A stretch of DNA of 64,000 nucleotides from Felis catus (lineage: Eukaryota). Under the pieces are notes generated by a model. The model saw only the letters and a program-made list of their open reading frames with translations, was not told the origin of the DNA and made no database searches. Below are positions 1-12,499 of this stretch, in pieces; position 1 is the stretch's first letter, and each line of letters begins with the position of its first letter. The stretch is from assembly GCF_018350175.1 (NCBI RefSeq), contig NC_058368.1, positions 214,956,001-215,020,000 on the forward strand, in the 5' to 3' direction. Both the position numbers and the translations under genes were made by a program.

Positions 1-1317
1 CATAGAACACCCAGTGCTCATCCCAACAAGTGCCCTCCTTAATGCCTATCACCCACTTAGCCCATTTTGCTACCCACCTCTCCTCCCGCAACCCTTAGTT
101 TGTTCTCTGTGTTTAAAAGTCTCTTACGGTTTGCCTCTCTCTGTTTTTATATTATTTTTCCTTCCCTTTCCCTATGTTCATCTGGTGAAATCATATGAGT
201 GAAATCATATTATGTTTATCTTTCTCTGAATCATTTATTTCACTTAGCATGATATACTCTAGTTCCATCCATGTTGTTGCAAATGGCAAGATTTCATTCT
301 TTTTAATTGCTGAGTAATATTCATACACACACCCCCCCCCCCACATCTTCTTTATCCATTTATAAGTCAATGGATATTTGGGTTCTTTCCATACTTTGGC
401 TATTGTTGATAGCACTGGTATAAACATTGGGGTGCATGTGGCCCTTTGAATCAGCATTTTTGTATTCTTGGGATAAATAGCTAGTAGTGCAATTGCTGGG
501 TCATAAGCTCGTTCTATTTTTGATTTTTGAGGAATCTCCATACTGTTTTCCACAGTTGTACCAGTTTGCCTTCCCACCGACAGTGCAAAAGTGATCCCCT
601 TTCTCTGCATCCTCACTAAATCTGACCAGCCATCCTGACAGGTGTGAGGTGGTACCTCATTGTGGTTTTGATTTGTCTTTCTCTGATGATGAGTGATGGT
701 GAGCATCTTTTCATGTGTCTGTTAGCAATCTGAATGTCTTTTTTGGAAAAGTGTCTATTCATGTGTTCTGCCCATTTCTTTACTGGATTGTTTGTTTTTT
801 GGGTGTTGAGTTTTAGGTGTTGGGTGTTGGGTTAGATTTTGGGTACTAACCCTTTATCAGATGTGTCATTTGCAAATATCTTCTCCCATTCTGTAGGTTG
901 CCTAGGTTGATTGTTTCCTTCACTATGCAGAAGGTTTTTATCTTGATGAGGTCCAAATAGTTCTTTTTATTTTTTGCTTTTTATTTTATTTTGCTTTTAT
1001 TTTCCTTGCCGCTGGAGACATGTCTAGTAAGAAGTTGCTGCAGCCGAGGTCAAAGAGGTTGATGCTTGTTTTCTCCTCTAGGATTTTGATGGTTTCCTAT
1101 CTCACATTTAGGTCTTTCATCCATTTTGAATTTATTTTTGTGTATGGTGTAAGAAAGTGGTCCAGGTTCATTCTTCTGCATGTCGCTGTTCAGTTTTCCT
1201 AGGACGATTTGCTGAAGAGATTGTCTTTTTTCCATTTGATACTTTTTCCTGCTTTGTTGAAGATTAGTTGGCTATACACTTGTGGGTCCATTAATAGGTT
1301 CTCTGTTCTTTTCCATG
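1..1317 (-). mobile_element. 5'-truncated carnivore LINE-1 (ORF2 C-terminus + 3' UTR), decayed; 3' end lies left of the window
   Basis: Minus-strand translation gives L1 ORF2 C-terminal motifs (YDPAIALLAIYPK, CTPMFI, WKEPK, ILPFATTWMELE). Strongly similar to the L1 at 60443-64000. Frameshifts and small deletions present. Confidence 0.95.
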
Positions 1318-1565
1318 GAAAGCCTACTTAAGTTTTAAGAGAGAGGAAGAATTTTTCTATCTATGGTGTTTTCTCACAATATAGATCTGCTTCTCACTTT
1401 TCTCTTAGATCTGTGCCTGCAAGTGTGATGTGCATGGATAATATCCACAGCCTTCTTTACTTTTTTGGTCAACCAAAGAACCAGCAGGAGACCTGAGGAA
1501 AGGAGGAAGGTAAGTTCAAGGTATTTAATTTAACTTTCCTCTGTGCTAAATTGATCTTTTGAAAT

Positions 1566-2322
1566 ATCTTTAGTTTTCTCTTGCTGCTGTAACAAATCAC
1601 CACAAATTTTAGTTGCTTAAAACATACAAATTTGGGGGCACCTGGGTGGCACAGTCGGTTAAGCGTCCGACTTCAGCCAGGTCACAATCTCGCGGGCCGT
1701 GAGTTTGAGCCCCGCGTCAGGCTCTGTCTGGGCTGATGGCTCAGAGCCTGGAGCCTGTTTCCGATTCTGTGTCTCCCTCTCTCTCTGCCCCTCCCCCATT
1801 CATGCTCTGTCTCTCTCTGTCCCAAAAATAAATAAACGTTGAAGGAAAAAAAAATTAAAAAAAAAAAACAACACAAATTTGTTATCTTACCGTTCTTAGG
1901 TCAGAAATCCAATAAAGGTATCATTGGGTACAATAAAAATGTTGGCATGACTGAGTTCCTTTCCAGAGTCTCTAAGAGGAGAATCACTTTTTTTTTTTTT
2001 GGTCCACTTTCTAGAGTTTTGTCCACACTCTGTCACCTATGCCCTCCCTTCCTCCATTTTCAAAGTCAGTGTTGTTACATATTTCTGACCCTTCCTCTGT
2101 AGTCATGTCTCTCTGACCATCACTAGGTAAGTCTGTCCATTTTGAATGACTCATGTGACTAGTTTGGGCCCTTCTGGCTAATCCAGGATAATCTTCCATC
2201 TCAAAGTTCTTAATCTTAATTATATCTACAAGTCCATTTTGCTACATAAGGTAACATATTCACAGGTTCCAGGGACTTGGATGTAGACATTTTGTAAAGG
2301 GCCCATTATTCTGCCCACTACA
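1566..2322 (-). mobile_element. MaLR LTR (MLT1-type), split by a SINE
   Basis: Begins TTAGTTTTCTCTTGCTGCTGTAACAAATCACCACAAA and ends ATTCTGCCCACTACA, the reverse complement of typical MLT1 termini. Confidence 0.85.
1634..1868 (+). mobile_element. Young Can-SINE (SINEC_Fc-like)
   Basis: GGGGCACCTGGGTGGCACAGTCGGTTAAGCGTCCGACTTCAGCCAGGTCAC head, (CT)n tract, AATAAA and A-tail; approximate TSD ACAAATTT. Confidence 0.97.
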
Positions 2323-2369
2323 GCACAATATCCCATATGCATTTATGATAAGATGATGTAGAAACACCC

Positions 2370-3177
2370 TTATCAGGAGTGTGGGGTCTCCTTAAATTTG
2401 GACAGGCCTCTAACTATGATGGTTAACTTTATGTGTTAACTTGATGGACTAAGGGATGCCAAAAAAAAAGCTGGTAAGCATTATTTCTGGGTGTAGCTGT
2501 GAGTGTGTCTCTGGGAAGAGATTAACATTTGAATCAGTGGGGTATAGAAAATCACTCTCACCAATGCAGGTTGGCATCACCCTATCTACTGAGAACCTGA
2601 TAGAACAAAAATGTAGAGGCAGGGTGAATATGCTCTATCAGCTGGAACATCCATCTTATCCTGCCTTCAGACAGTAGTGGTCCTGATTCTCCCGGCTTTG
2701 GGCTCAAATTGAATTGCACCATTGGCTTTCCTGGTTCTCCAGCTTTCTGACAGCAGATCTTGGAACTTCTGGACCTCCACAGTTGGGTGAGCCAATTCTT
2801 ATATTAAAATCTCCTCATGCATATGTATTTTATTCTCTTTCTCCTGAGCAATCCTAATACAGAAGTAATGCTATGCAACTTCTAAGAGCAGATAATAAAG
2901 GTCAATACAGCCTTCACAATTTTTGTTTGTTTGTTTTGGACAGCAGTCCTGAGATCTCCATTTGTAGTTAACATCAACCAACAGTTGTGTAAGTGACAGG
3001 CTTTAAGATGACATTAACCCCAGTCACCATCTAACTGCAACTGTATGAGAAACATCCAGGGAGAGTTGTTTAACGATGCCTATTCAACCCCTACAACTGT
3101 GAAGGACAATTTTATTGATTATTGTTATTTTAGATATTAAGTTTTATATTTATAATTTGGCAGTAGATAACCAACAC
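2370..3177 (+). mobile_element. Old MaLR LTR (MLT1-type) interrupted by an MLT2 LTR
   Basis: MLT1-like segments GAAGTAATGCTATGCAACTTCTAAG and CATCTAACTGCAACTGTATGAGA, and terminal GCAGTAGATAACCAACA. Confidence 0.6.
2415..2861 (+). mobile_element. ERVL solo LTR (MLT2-type)
   Basis: Starts TATGATGGTTAACTTTATGTGTTAACTTGA, ends CCTAATACA, about 450 bp; matches MLT2 termini. Confidence 0.85.
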
Positions 3178-3636
3178 TTTCACAGGTTTTATTCTTTCTG
3201 GGTTTTCTACCCTTCATTTTTACTCCAAACCCTGCCCTCTGGTTCTTCAGGCCAGTAAAACTGCAGGTTTCTGTAAAACTCTCTCTGCCCTCTATGTTGC
3301 TGACTACAGCCTGCTTTCAGGCCAAGTGCTGTGATCCATGAAGTGTCGTTCCTTTCTTTCAAGTGTGAAACCATCTCAATATTCTGCCCACTTTTGTTAA
3401 TTTTCTAGTAGCTTCAGGTAGTTCTTTGATTTTGGTTTTATCCATAATTTATAGCTTTGCCAATATCCATTAGAAGCATCTACGTTGTTGCCAGAAAGAG
3501 AACCACTAATGTCAATAGATTTTTAAATGTACTGATTGGTCAAATTCATATTTTATGTTATTTCAAATATACAGAACAGTATGTATGCTAATGTACCTTA
3601 CGCATATACAACCTTCATTTAAATTTATCAAGTCTT

Positions 3637-3684
3637 TTGGAAACCAATTTGGCAATAAATTTCATATTAAAAAATAAAATAAAA
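3637..3684 (+). mobile_element. Ultra-short L1 3'-terminal insertion
   Basis: TGGAAACCAATTTGGCAATAAATTTCATATT plus A-tail, the same terminus as the L1s at ~15235-15280 and ~60470-60510; 17-bp TSD TAAATTTATCAAGTCTT at 3620-3636 and 3685-3701. Confidence 0.9.
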
Positions 3685-4706
3685 TAAATTTATCAAGTCT
3701 TAATATGTTTATTATTTCCAAGTTATGATGATATATTTGCTTCAGACGGTTCTTTTTTACTCTTAAGAAATAATTCATTGAAGAGACATTTGAATCTATC
3801 CTTCTTTGACCAGACTTACATTTCTAGCATAAATCCTGTATGGTACATTTAGAAATACATAGTGTTAGATTAAAGCTGTTACTATTCTATTGGGAATTAT
3901 TCATTAATATTTATAAATGGGAAAAGCTTTTAATTTTACCTGTGTGTATGCATAATTAATTGGGTTGTTACCAAACAGATGGTAGATTTAGAAATAAATT
4001 AAATGATTTTCAATTTTTCTGTAAATTATCTCTACAAAGATTGAAATAAATATTAGTTAATTTTTCCTGAGAGATTTAATAACACATGACAGAATATACA
4101 TTGGCTAGGTGCTACTGTAGTTAGTACATTTAATTTCCATTTCATTGTTTTTGTCCATTTTTGGCTACTACTCTGTTTAAAATGTAGATGTCTTGTCCGC
4201 ACATTATTTTATAACTGTTTTGTTTAGATATTAAGCATTTGTTGAGTCTGTTTTTTCTTTTCTTAATTTATTTTTTCTCATCGGTCACATATTAACTCTA
4301 TACTAGTCTTTTAAAATTTGTTGAGATTTGTTTCATTACCAATCATATGTTCTAGCTTGTTGAATGTTCCATGTACCCTTGAAAAGAATGCGGATTCTCT
4401 TCATGTTAGTTGTATGGTGGAATTTTCTATAAATATTAATACATTAAGCTGTTTGATATTGTTATTCAAATCTTTTATATTTAGATTGATTTTGTGAGTA
4501 AGTTTCATATCAATAGGATGCTAAGAGATATGTGTTGGCATCTCCAAATATACTTGTAAATTTGTCTATTTGTCCTTTTACTTCTCTGAGTTTTTGCTTT
4601 TATGTATGTAGAAGTTCAGTTATTAGGGATGTATATATTTGGAATTGTTATAGTTCCTTATTGAATTGGCCCTTTAATCATTGTGAAATATTCCACTTTA
4701 TGCCTG

Positions 4707-5133
4707 TGTTGGTTTGAAACCCTCTCAGGAGCTTCCCTGGTGTAATCTGAAACTGGCTTCCGTATGCAAAGGGCAGGGAGAGAACAAAGAAAGAGGAAGG
4801 CCACTCCAGGTTGGTAGCTGGCAGTTTGCATAAGCAAAGGGAACCTACATGTGAGGGTTGTCTTGGGCAGCAGCTTGATGAATGTACCCCTGCACCTGCC
4901 TGCCAAATCTGAAAAGTTTCTGAAGGGGCCTTATCTGGGTTAAGTCCCCTAAACCGTGCAGGTGTTCTCAACACCACATCACTATCTCAAGGTTATGTCC
5001 TTACAGCAGTACCCAGGAACAGGAAAGGCAAATGGAACCCACATTCCGAGGACAGGGGAGTTGGTGAGGAGGCTCCAGTCACCTGGGTCCAGCTCAACTG
5101 TCAGTCACATTTTTTTCAGTGACCACCCCCACA
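4707..5133 (-). mobile_element. Solo ERV LTR (427 bp), probably carnivore lineage
   Basis: GC-richer block with TG...CA termini, flanked by GCCTG/GTTTG (degenerate 5-bp TSD), cleanly interrupting the old L1. Orientation tentative. Confidence 0.75.
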
Positions 5134-5799
5134 GTTTGTTAATATTTTTTCTCGTGAAGTCTACTTTGAATGGTACTGGGCAGCCACTTTAAATTTCCTG
5201 TAATTAGGGTTTGTGTGTTACTTTTTCCATTATTCATTTAATCTATTTTATTTATTATATTAAATATTATTTTCTTACAGAAAAGGTATAATGAATTCTT
5301 ACTTTCATACAGTAAGACAACGCGTACTTTTTAATGAGAATTTTTAGGCCATTTTTATTTAGTGAGATTATCAATATGGTTAGCCTGAATGCCACCATTC
5401 TAACCATTTATTTTCCATTTGCTCTATCCTTTTTTTATTTCTCCTTTTTCTGCCTTACTTTAAATTAAATGTTTTGAATTCACTGGGCTTTTTTTAATTA
5501 ATAGAGTGTTTTGAATATTTTATTTTCACTAGAGGCTTGTTAGCTATAGTGTATTGATTATCATAGTTGTATTTCTTTAGTGGTTAGTCTAATCTTTAAA
5601 CTATGCATCTTTAACTTATCATAGTAGTCCTTCAAATAATATTATACCACTTTATGTTGAATGTAAAGTATTTATATCAATATATTTCCTCCTCCTTTCC
5701 TTGTGCTCTTTAAGAGAGATTAGTTTTAGTTCTGCATATGATACATCTTCTATAACACACTGCTATTTTAAAATTTATTAAAAGAAAACAATTATATTT

Positions 5800-6637
5800 A
5801 TTTCTTCTTTTTTTGTAACGTTTATCTGTATCATCCATCCCTATACCACATCTCCTCGGGAAGCTACCAGTTTGTTCTCTGTATTTAAGAGTCTGTTTTT
5901 TATTTATCCTTTTTGTTCATTTTTTTTGTTTGTTTCTTAAATTCCACATATGAACGAAATCATATGGTATTTGCCTTTTTGTATCTAACCTATTTCATTT
6001 AGCATTACACCCTCTAGGTCCATCTTTGTTGTTGCAAATAGCAATGTCTCATTCTTTTTATGACTATTATTCCACCATATGTATGTATGTATGTGTGTGT
6101 GTATGTGAAAATAAGAAAATGTGATATAGTGTGTGTGTGTGTATTCTTTATCCATTTTATTTATCCATTTATCTATCAATGGACACTCAGGTTGCTCCAT
6201 ATCTTGGCTATTGTAAATGATGTCATAATGAACATAAAGGTGCATATATCTTCAAATTAGCATTGTTGTTTTCCTTGGGTAGATAGAATCTACCCAAGTA
6301 GATGGGATTACTGGGCCATATGGTAATTCCATTTTAAATTTTTTTTGAGGAACTCCATACTTTTTTCCCTAGTGGCTGTACCAGTTTGCATTCCCACCAA
6401 CAATGCACAACAGTTCCTTTTTCTCCACATGTTTGCCAACACTTGTTATTTCTTGTCTTTTTGATTCTAGCCATTTTGACAGGTGCAAGGTCATATCTCA
6501 CTGTGGGTTTGATTTGCATTTCCCTGATGATTACTGATGTTGTACATCCTCTCATGTGTCTGCTGGCCATCTGTACATTTCTTTGAAAAAATGTCTGTGT
6601 ATTCAGGTCCTCTGCCCATTTTAATTGGATTATTTGT
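5800..6637 (-). mobile_element. 5'-truncated carnivore LINE-1 (3' UTR + ORF2 end)
   Basis: ORF2 C-terminal motifs IIREMQIKPTVRY, HCWWECKLVQPL and FATTKMDLEGVMLNEI; T-rich tail at left. Confidence 0.9.
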
Positions 6638-7347
6638 TAAAAGTTTGCTAAAATGTAATTATCTTTTAAACATTAAGAAGTGAAATAATACTTTTGCGTG
6701 TATTTACCCATTTACTACTTATCGTATTCTCTTTGCATAATTTCATGGTTTTTATTTCTGCTATCATTTTTTTTGTCTTTAACATTTCTTGTCAAAGTTC
6801 CTTTAACATTTCTTATAGTGGAAGTCTGCTGGCAACAAGTTTCCTTAGCACTGGTCATCCAGAACAAGCCTTTTTCTCTTCATTTAAAAATATATTTTAA
6901 TTGGATATAAAACAAATTGATATCTATAAGAATAACAAATGCATTATATCGACAAATTCTTAATTTTATCCCTAAAGATAATATTGCCATCCCTTCTGGA
7001 GTGGGTTGTTTCTATTTCTCATCAGAAACTTATGTTAATTTTTATGTTTGTTATTTTGTTTATTTTGTTTTCATATTGTTGAATTTCTTTGATGAATAGA
7101 TTTTATGGTTTTGATTATGATTCAAATTTGGGAAAGGTTATCTTTCTACCTTTGTTTTCTTGGACTTCAGTTACACGTATGTACAACCACATGTTGTTGC
7201 CCCACAGATTACTCAGACTTTTCATTCTTTTCATTCTGTTTATGCTCCATGTGAATAATTTCCATTGCCTTTCAAGTTTATTAATAATGTATTCTTCAGA
7301 GTCTACTATGCTATTAATCATACTCAATGGACTTTTTGGTCTATTCA

Positions 7348-7527
7348 TTTAATTTTAATAGCTTTACTGAGTTATAATTGACATAAAAAGAACTGCATAT
7401 ATTTAATGTGTGAAATTTGATGAATTTGGACATGCAAACACCCATGACACCATCACCACAATTAAGATAACAGGTATATCTCACTTTAAGAAATTCCTTC
7501 TTTCCATTAGTTGTTGCTTTTCATTTT

Positions 7528-7573
<46 letters not shown>

Positions 7574-8177
7574 TATGTGTGTGTATAAAAACACTTAATA
7601 TAAGATCTATCCACCTTCTTTATTTTTGTTGCTTATTTATTTTTGAAGATAGAGAGAGAGTGAGCACCAGCAGGAGAGGGGCAGAGAGAGAGGGAGACAC
7701 ACAAACTGAAGCAGGTTCCAGGCTCTGAGCTGTCAGCACAGAGCCCAGTGTGGAACTCAAACTTACGAGTCAAGCCATGAAATCATGACCTGAGCTGAAG
7801 CCAGACACTTAACCATCTGAGCCACCCAGGCACCCCAGAGATCTATACACCTTATTAACAAATTCTAAAGTGCACAATGTGGCATTCTTAACTATAGATA
7901 TTATGTTGAACAGTAGAACAGTAGAACTTATTCATTTAGCATAACTGAAACTTCATAGCCACTGAATAACAATTCCCCATTTTGTCAGCTTCCAGCTCTG
8001 ACAACCACTAATGTATTCTGTGCTTCTGAGTTTGACTACTTTATATAACTCATATAAGTGGAATCCTGCAGTATTTGTCCTTCTGTGATGGAATTTATTT
8101 AACTTAGTAGGATGTTCTCCAGGTTCATCTATGTTGTTGTAAATGACAGAATTTCCATCTTTTTTAAAAAGCTGAAA

Positions 8178-8219
<42 letters not shown>

Positions 8220-8376
8220 TAGATAGATATAGATATAGATAGATATAGATAGATATAGATATAGATATATACACACATTTATATATATTTACATATACAC
8301 ATATATGTGTGTCTATATATATGTATATACACATTTTCTTTATATATGCATCTGTCAATGGATGCTTAGGTTGGTA
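7348..8376 (-). mobile_element. L1MA-type LINE-1 3' end (non-inverted part)
   Basis: TTTAATAGCTTTACTGAGTTATAATTGACATA terminus and L1MA-like 3' UTR; contains (TG)n, (TA)n/(TAGATA)n and a SINE. Confidence 0.8.
7618..7836 (-). mobile_element. Can-SINE
   Basis: Reverse-complement SINE; TSD AGATCTAT(C/A)CACCTT at 7603-7617 and 7839-7853. Confidence 0.95.
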
Positions 8377-8776
8377 AAGCTACAACAATGAAAATAATAT
8401 GGTACTGGCATTAAGACAGACATACAGACCACTGGAAAAAATATAGAGCTCAGAAATAAACCCCTGTATATATGGTCAACTGATCTTTGACAAAGTTGCC
8501 AAGAACACACATGTGGAAAGGATGGTCTTTTCAACAAATGACATTGGAAAAATTAGATATGCATATGCAAAAAAGTAAAATTGAATCCTTATACTATATG
8601 CAAAAATAAACATAAAATAAAGACTGAAACTTTCAACCTGAAACTATAAATTTCCTAGAAGAAAACATAGGGGAGAACTTGTTGACATTGTTCTTAGCAA
8701 TGGTTTCTTGGATATGACACTATAAGCATGGGAAAAAAAGCAAATATAGCAAGTGGGGCTACATTAAATTAAAAGA
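8377..8776 (+). mobile_element. LINE-1 ORF2 segment in opposite orientation (probable 5' inversion of the adjacent L1)
   Basis: Plus-strand ORF2 sequence (AAAGCTACAACAATGAAAATAATATGGTACTGGCAT...GGGCTACATTAAATTAAAAG) abuts the minus-strand L1 directly. Confidence 0.8.
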
Positions 8777-8814
8777 ATATTTTTTTATTTTAGATAGTGA
8801 ATTGGATCCTTTTT

Positions 8815-8834
8815 AAAAGTTTTTTTTTTAATGT

Positions 8835-8872
<38 letters not shown>

Positions 8873-9040
8873 TGTGTGTGAGAGAGAAACAGACAGATAG
8901 ACAGAGAATCCCAAGCAGGCTCCATGCTGTAAGTGCCGAACTCCACACGGGGCTCAAACTCATGAACTGAATCGTGAGATCATGACCTGAGCCAAAATCA
9001 AGAGTTGGGCACTCAACCAACTTAGCCACCTAGGCTCCTC
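8815..9040 (-). mobile_element. Older Can-SINE carrying a (TG)n microsatellite
   Basis: SINE body in reverse; TSD TGGATC(C/T)TTTTT on both sides. Confidence 0.9.
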
Positions 9041-11007
9041 TGGATCTTTTTTATGTTACATTTCCCTCCTCATTATCTTCATGTATTTTTTCTATCTTGA
9101 TTTTACTTTTAATAGCTTTTTTATTGTGTTAGCTTATTCTACCATCTCTGTCTTTGGACTTCTTTCTATTCTCGTTATTTTTCACATATTCCCATTTCCA
9201 AGCGTGTCTAGTAACTTATTATTGTTGTTGAACATCTTTTGAACTTCTTAGACTTTCCTTAATACACATTTCGTCCTTTTTTTCTGGTTGGCTGTTAAGT
9301 TACTTTTAGTTCTGTATGATCATTTTGAGGCTTATTTTAATGTTTTATTAAGATTGTCTAAAATAACATTTACTCTCTGAGTAATTTATCTTCATTACTT
9401 AGGCATGACCCTCTGGAGTTTCTAGTAAATGTTGTATTTGATTACTGAAGCCTTTGTGATCTGATGGGGGCAGAAATAATTCCCAGCTCTTAGGTGACTT
9501 CTGGGAACAAGTCAGCTCCCAGCTAGTCACTCTATTGCATCACCCTGTGGAGTTAGATCCTATATATGAATATCTTAATATTCAATAAAGATTCAAGGGA
9601 ATGCAGACTTTTGAAGTTCTTTTCTTGACTATTTCCCCTCTCTTTAGATCTCTATCCCACCACCTGCGGCTACATCTATGAACCCTGATCTGTGTCTCCT
9701 CAATTTAGTAAGACTGCCACACTCTATTGATCTTCTTTCCTGCCCTGTGATTCAGAATATGCCTCCTGGCATGAAGCCTGGACAATCTTAGGTTCACCTC
9801 ATTTTTCCTTTTCTCAGTACTACAGCCCTGTGCTCCCTGTTGTCTATTGTCTGAACACAGTTAAGTACATTTTAAGACAGAAGGCCAAATTCAGTCCATC
9901 TTACTCCATCATTGCCAAGATGAGAGGGAGGAAAGGTAAACAAACATTTTGAGTTACTATCATAATTTTATAATCTCCGTCTTTTTTTAGTTTCAAAATA
10001 ATAAAACCCATGAATATAATACATGATCAGGATAAATTCCAGGAAATAAATTGATGTTACATGTTCTTGAGATCAAATACCCATTTTAAAATTAGGATAT
10101 CTATGCATCTGAATATTTCGCCTACTAGATAAATACAAACATACTAATGTAAACAATGCTTGTGAAATGCATGGTTGACTCTGTTATTCTAAATATGTAA
10201 GTCAGTCTCAGGCATTAGAAAATAGTGAAGTGCATGCAGCCAAATTTGATTTCTTCCATAGCAACTACATACTCCAACTTGCCATTTTCTTCTTGTATAG
10301 ACACAATCCAATTATAACAAAAATGCAGCAAAATTAAACAAAATGTATTTTCTTAAAAGGTTCACTTGAGAATTCAATAATTCCAAAAGTTGATAAGTCA
10401 AATAAGATATAGCATGTCACACCCTTTAGAAAACTCTGGTGCCTGTAAAATAATTAAGTGTGAGGTTTAAAACAATATTGACCACATAAAATTAATTTGC
10501 CCATTAACACACAAGTATAATTAGTTTTATCTTGTTCTAAGAGACCACATTTTGAAACATCTAAACTGCACACTAGCCACTGAATAATAAAGATGGGTTA
10601 ATTTAGATAGGTTAATTTTTCTTCATTAATACATAATTGTGATAAATTAAAGACTTGTTACTAAGTCTTTTTAGATGTCTATCAATTTGGGGAGAAAATA
10701 GTAAAACTACAAATGAATATTTAGATTCTATAAAATGAAGCTAAAATTTGTTTAAAAACTGTCAAATGTTTGAAGAGTACAGTTTTATATTAATTTAATA
10801 TATAATTCTGGTATTCATTTGATGATTAAGAAAACAAACTTTCATCATTTATTTAATTAAATGAACTAATCACTTTTATTGTATTTGAAACACAAAATCA
10901 TGCAGGACCTTTTACTGTCTCTTCCTCCCCACTCCTCCAGTCTTTCATGAAAGAATTTATCATTCCCCCTTGTCTTTCCTTGAATCTTATGGTCTTACCC
11001 CATATAC

Positions 11008-11086
11008 ACTCTCTCTCCCTTCCCCCAACTCACATACACACACACACACACACACACGCACACTCTCTAAAATAAAATAAATAAAA
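11008..11086 (+). mobile_element. Headless Can-SINE tail with (CA)n
   Basis: CTCTCTCTCCCTTCCCCCAACTCAC-(CA)n-CTCTCTAAAATAAAATAAATAAAA resembles the tail of the SINE at 12184-12420. Confidence 0.6.
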
Positions 11087-11329
11087 GTTGTGTACTTCAA
11101 ATCAAAGGCTAGTAGAAATATATCCTGCTGCTCAATGATGCTTAAGCTGTTGTAAAGATCTCTTATTTCCACTAAGAAGCATTTTATTACAAACAATAAC
11201 CTTCAATTATTTTAGCTTGAACAATAGTTTTTGTTTGTTTGTTTTTTGTTTGTTTTGTTTGTTTCTTAATTAACATAGGAATTGGTGGTCCATTGGCAGG
11301 CAAATGTTAGGACTGATTTACTCAGACTT

Positions 11330-11600
11330 CTGCTTACTATCCTCACCTGTTTTCTTTTCCCCCATATTGAGGAAACATGGCTGCAGCATTTGCAAGTGTA
11401 TGCAGACATAGAATGCCCTTCTCTTTCTTGGATCTCTTTTGAGAAGATGGGAAACTTTTCCTGGAAGCACCCAGAAACTCCTACTACCTGTGTTAAGACT
11501 TGGCTTACAAGTACATTGCTAATTCAGTCTTTGTCATTAGATCTTGAATTATGCTTATTGGGTTCCATTAATTACTGGAGAAAAAATGGATACCATGAAA
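11330..11600 (-). mobile_element. Old MaLR LTR fragment (MLT1J/K-like)
   Basis: ACATGGCTGCAGCA and GGAAACTTTTCCTGGAAGCACCCAG motifs typical of old MLT1. Confidence 0.5.
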
Positions 11601-12183
11601 ACTTCCATGGTTCACATTATGCCCATCATTAAGTGAAAGAGTAGGTGAGTGAAAATGCATAGAGACCCAAAGTCAGGAGGATTAAAATCATACATAGGGA
11701 GAATGCTGGAAGAAAGAGAGAGAAAGAGAGACAGACAGACAGAGACAAAGACAAAGAGAAGGAACTGGAATTCTATTTTGGCTTAATTGATTGAAATACT
11801 TTTCAGGATTTAGGAAAGGAGAAAAATAATGGGCAGCTGTGGTGTGGGAGAGTAAGAAAATAGGTTAGAAAGAATATTGTAAGGAGATCGGCTATGATTT
11901 GTATTTGGCTGTGTTTTATAGTCGAAATAAATACTTCCTTATTGCCCTAGAGACTTAAAAACTATGTAAAAATTTTGTTGAGCTGTTATTTTGTTTCATT
12001 GAAGCTCTGCAAAATATGCCTTCAATTTGATTATCATCCTAAGTTTTTTTTTAAATAGTATTGATTAGTAAAGACAATAAATAAGTATCGATAGATGTTA
12101 CATCTACAAAAGTTGTGTACTTCAGATCAAAGGCAAGTCTTAAAATTTATACTCCTGAGTCTGTAAATTAAAATGATATAGCA

Positions 12184-12420
12184 GGGGCACCTGGGTAGCT
12201 CAGTTGATTGAACATCTGACTCTTAATTTCGCCTCAGGTCATGATCCCAGGATTGTGTGATCAATCCTGGTGTTGGACTCCATGCTGAATATGGAGCCTG
12301 CTTAGGATTCTTTCTTTCCTTCTCCGCCCCCCTCTCCCCGCCTCACCCCCACCCACTCTCTTCCTCTCCCCCACTCACATATGCTCTCTCTTTCTAAAAT
12401 AAATAAAAACTAAATAAAAA
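12184..12420 (+). mobile_element. Older Can-SINE
   Basis: SINE head and tail; TSD TAAAATGATATAG at 12169-12181 and 12421-12433. Confidence 0.95.
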
Positions 12421-12499
12421 TAAAATGATATAGTAGAAAGTCTAGAAAGTAGCTTTAGGAAGTATGGAGTTTTGTTACTAGATGTGTCACTCATATTTA

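Larger units (their letters stand above)
4230..9930 (-). mobile_element. Ancient L1M-type LINE-1 remnant, fragmented by younger insertions
   Basis: Decayed endonuclease-region sequence (GAATGTTCCATGTACCCTTGAAAAGAATG, cf. 63910-63940) and ORF1/5'-like sequence that resumes after each insertion. Boundaries approximate. Confidence 0.65.

Noticed and set aside
11282..11632. 116-aa ORF as a possible gene
   Set aside because: Non-ATG start, no recognisable domain, overlaps an old MLT1-like fragment.
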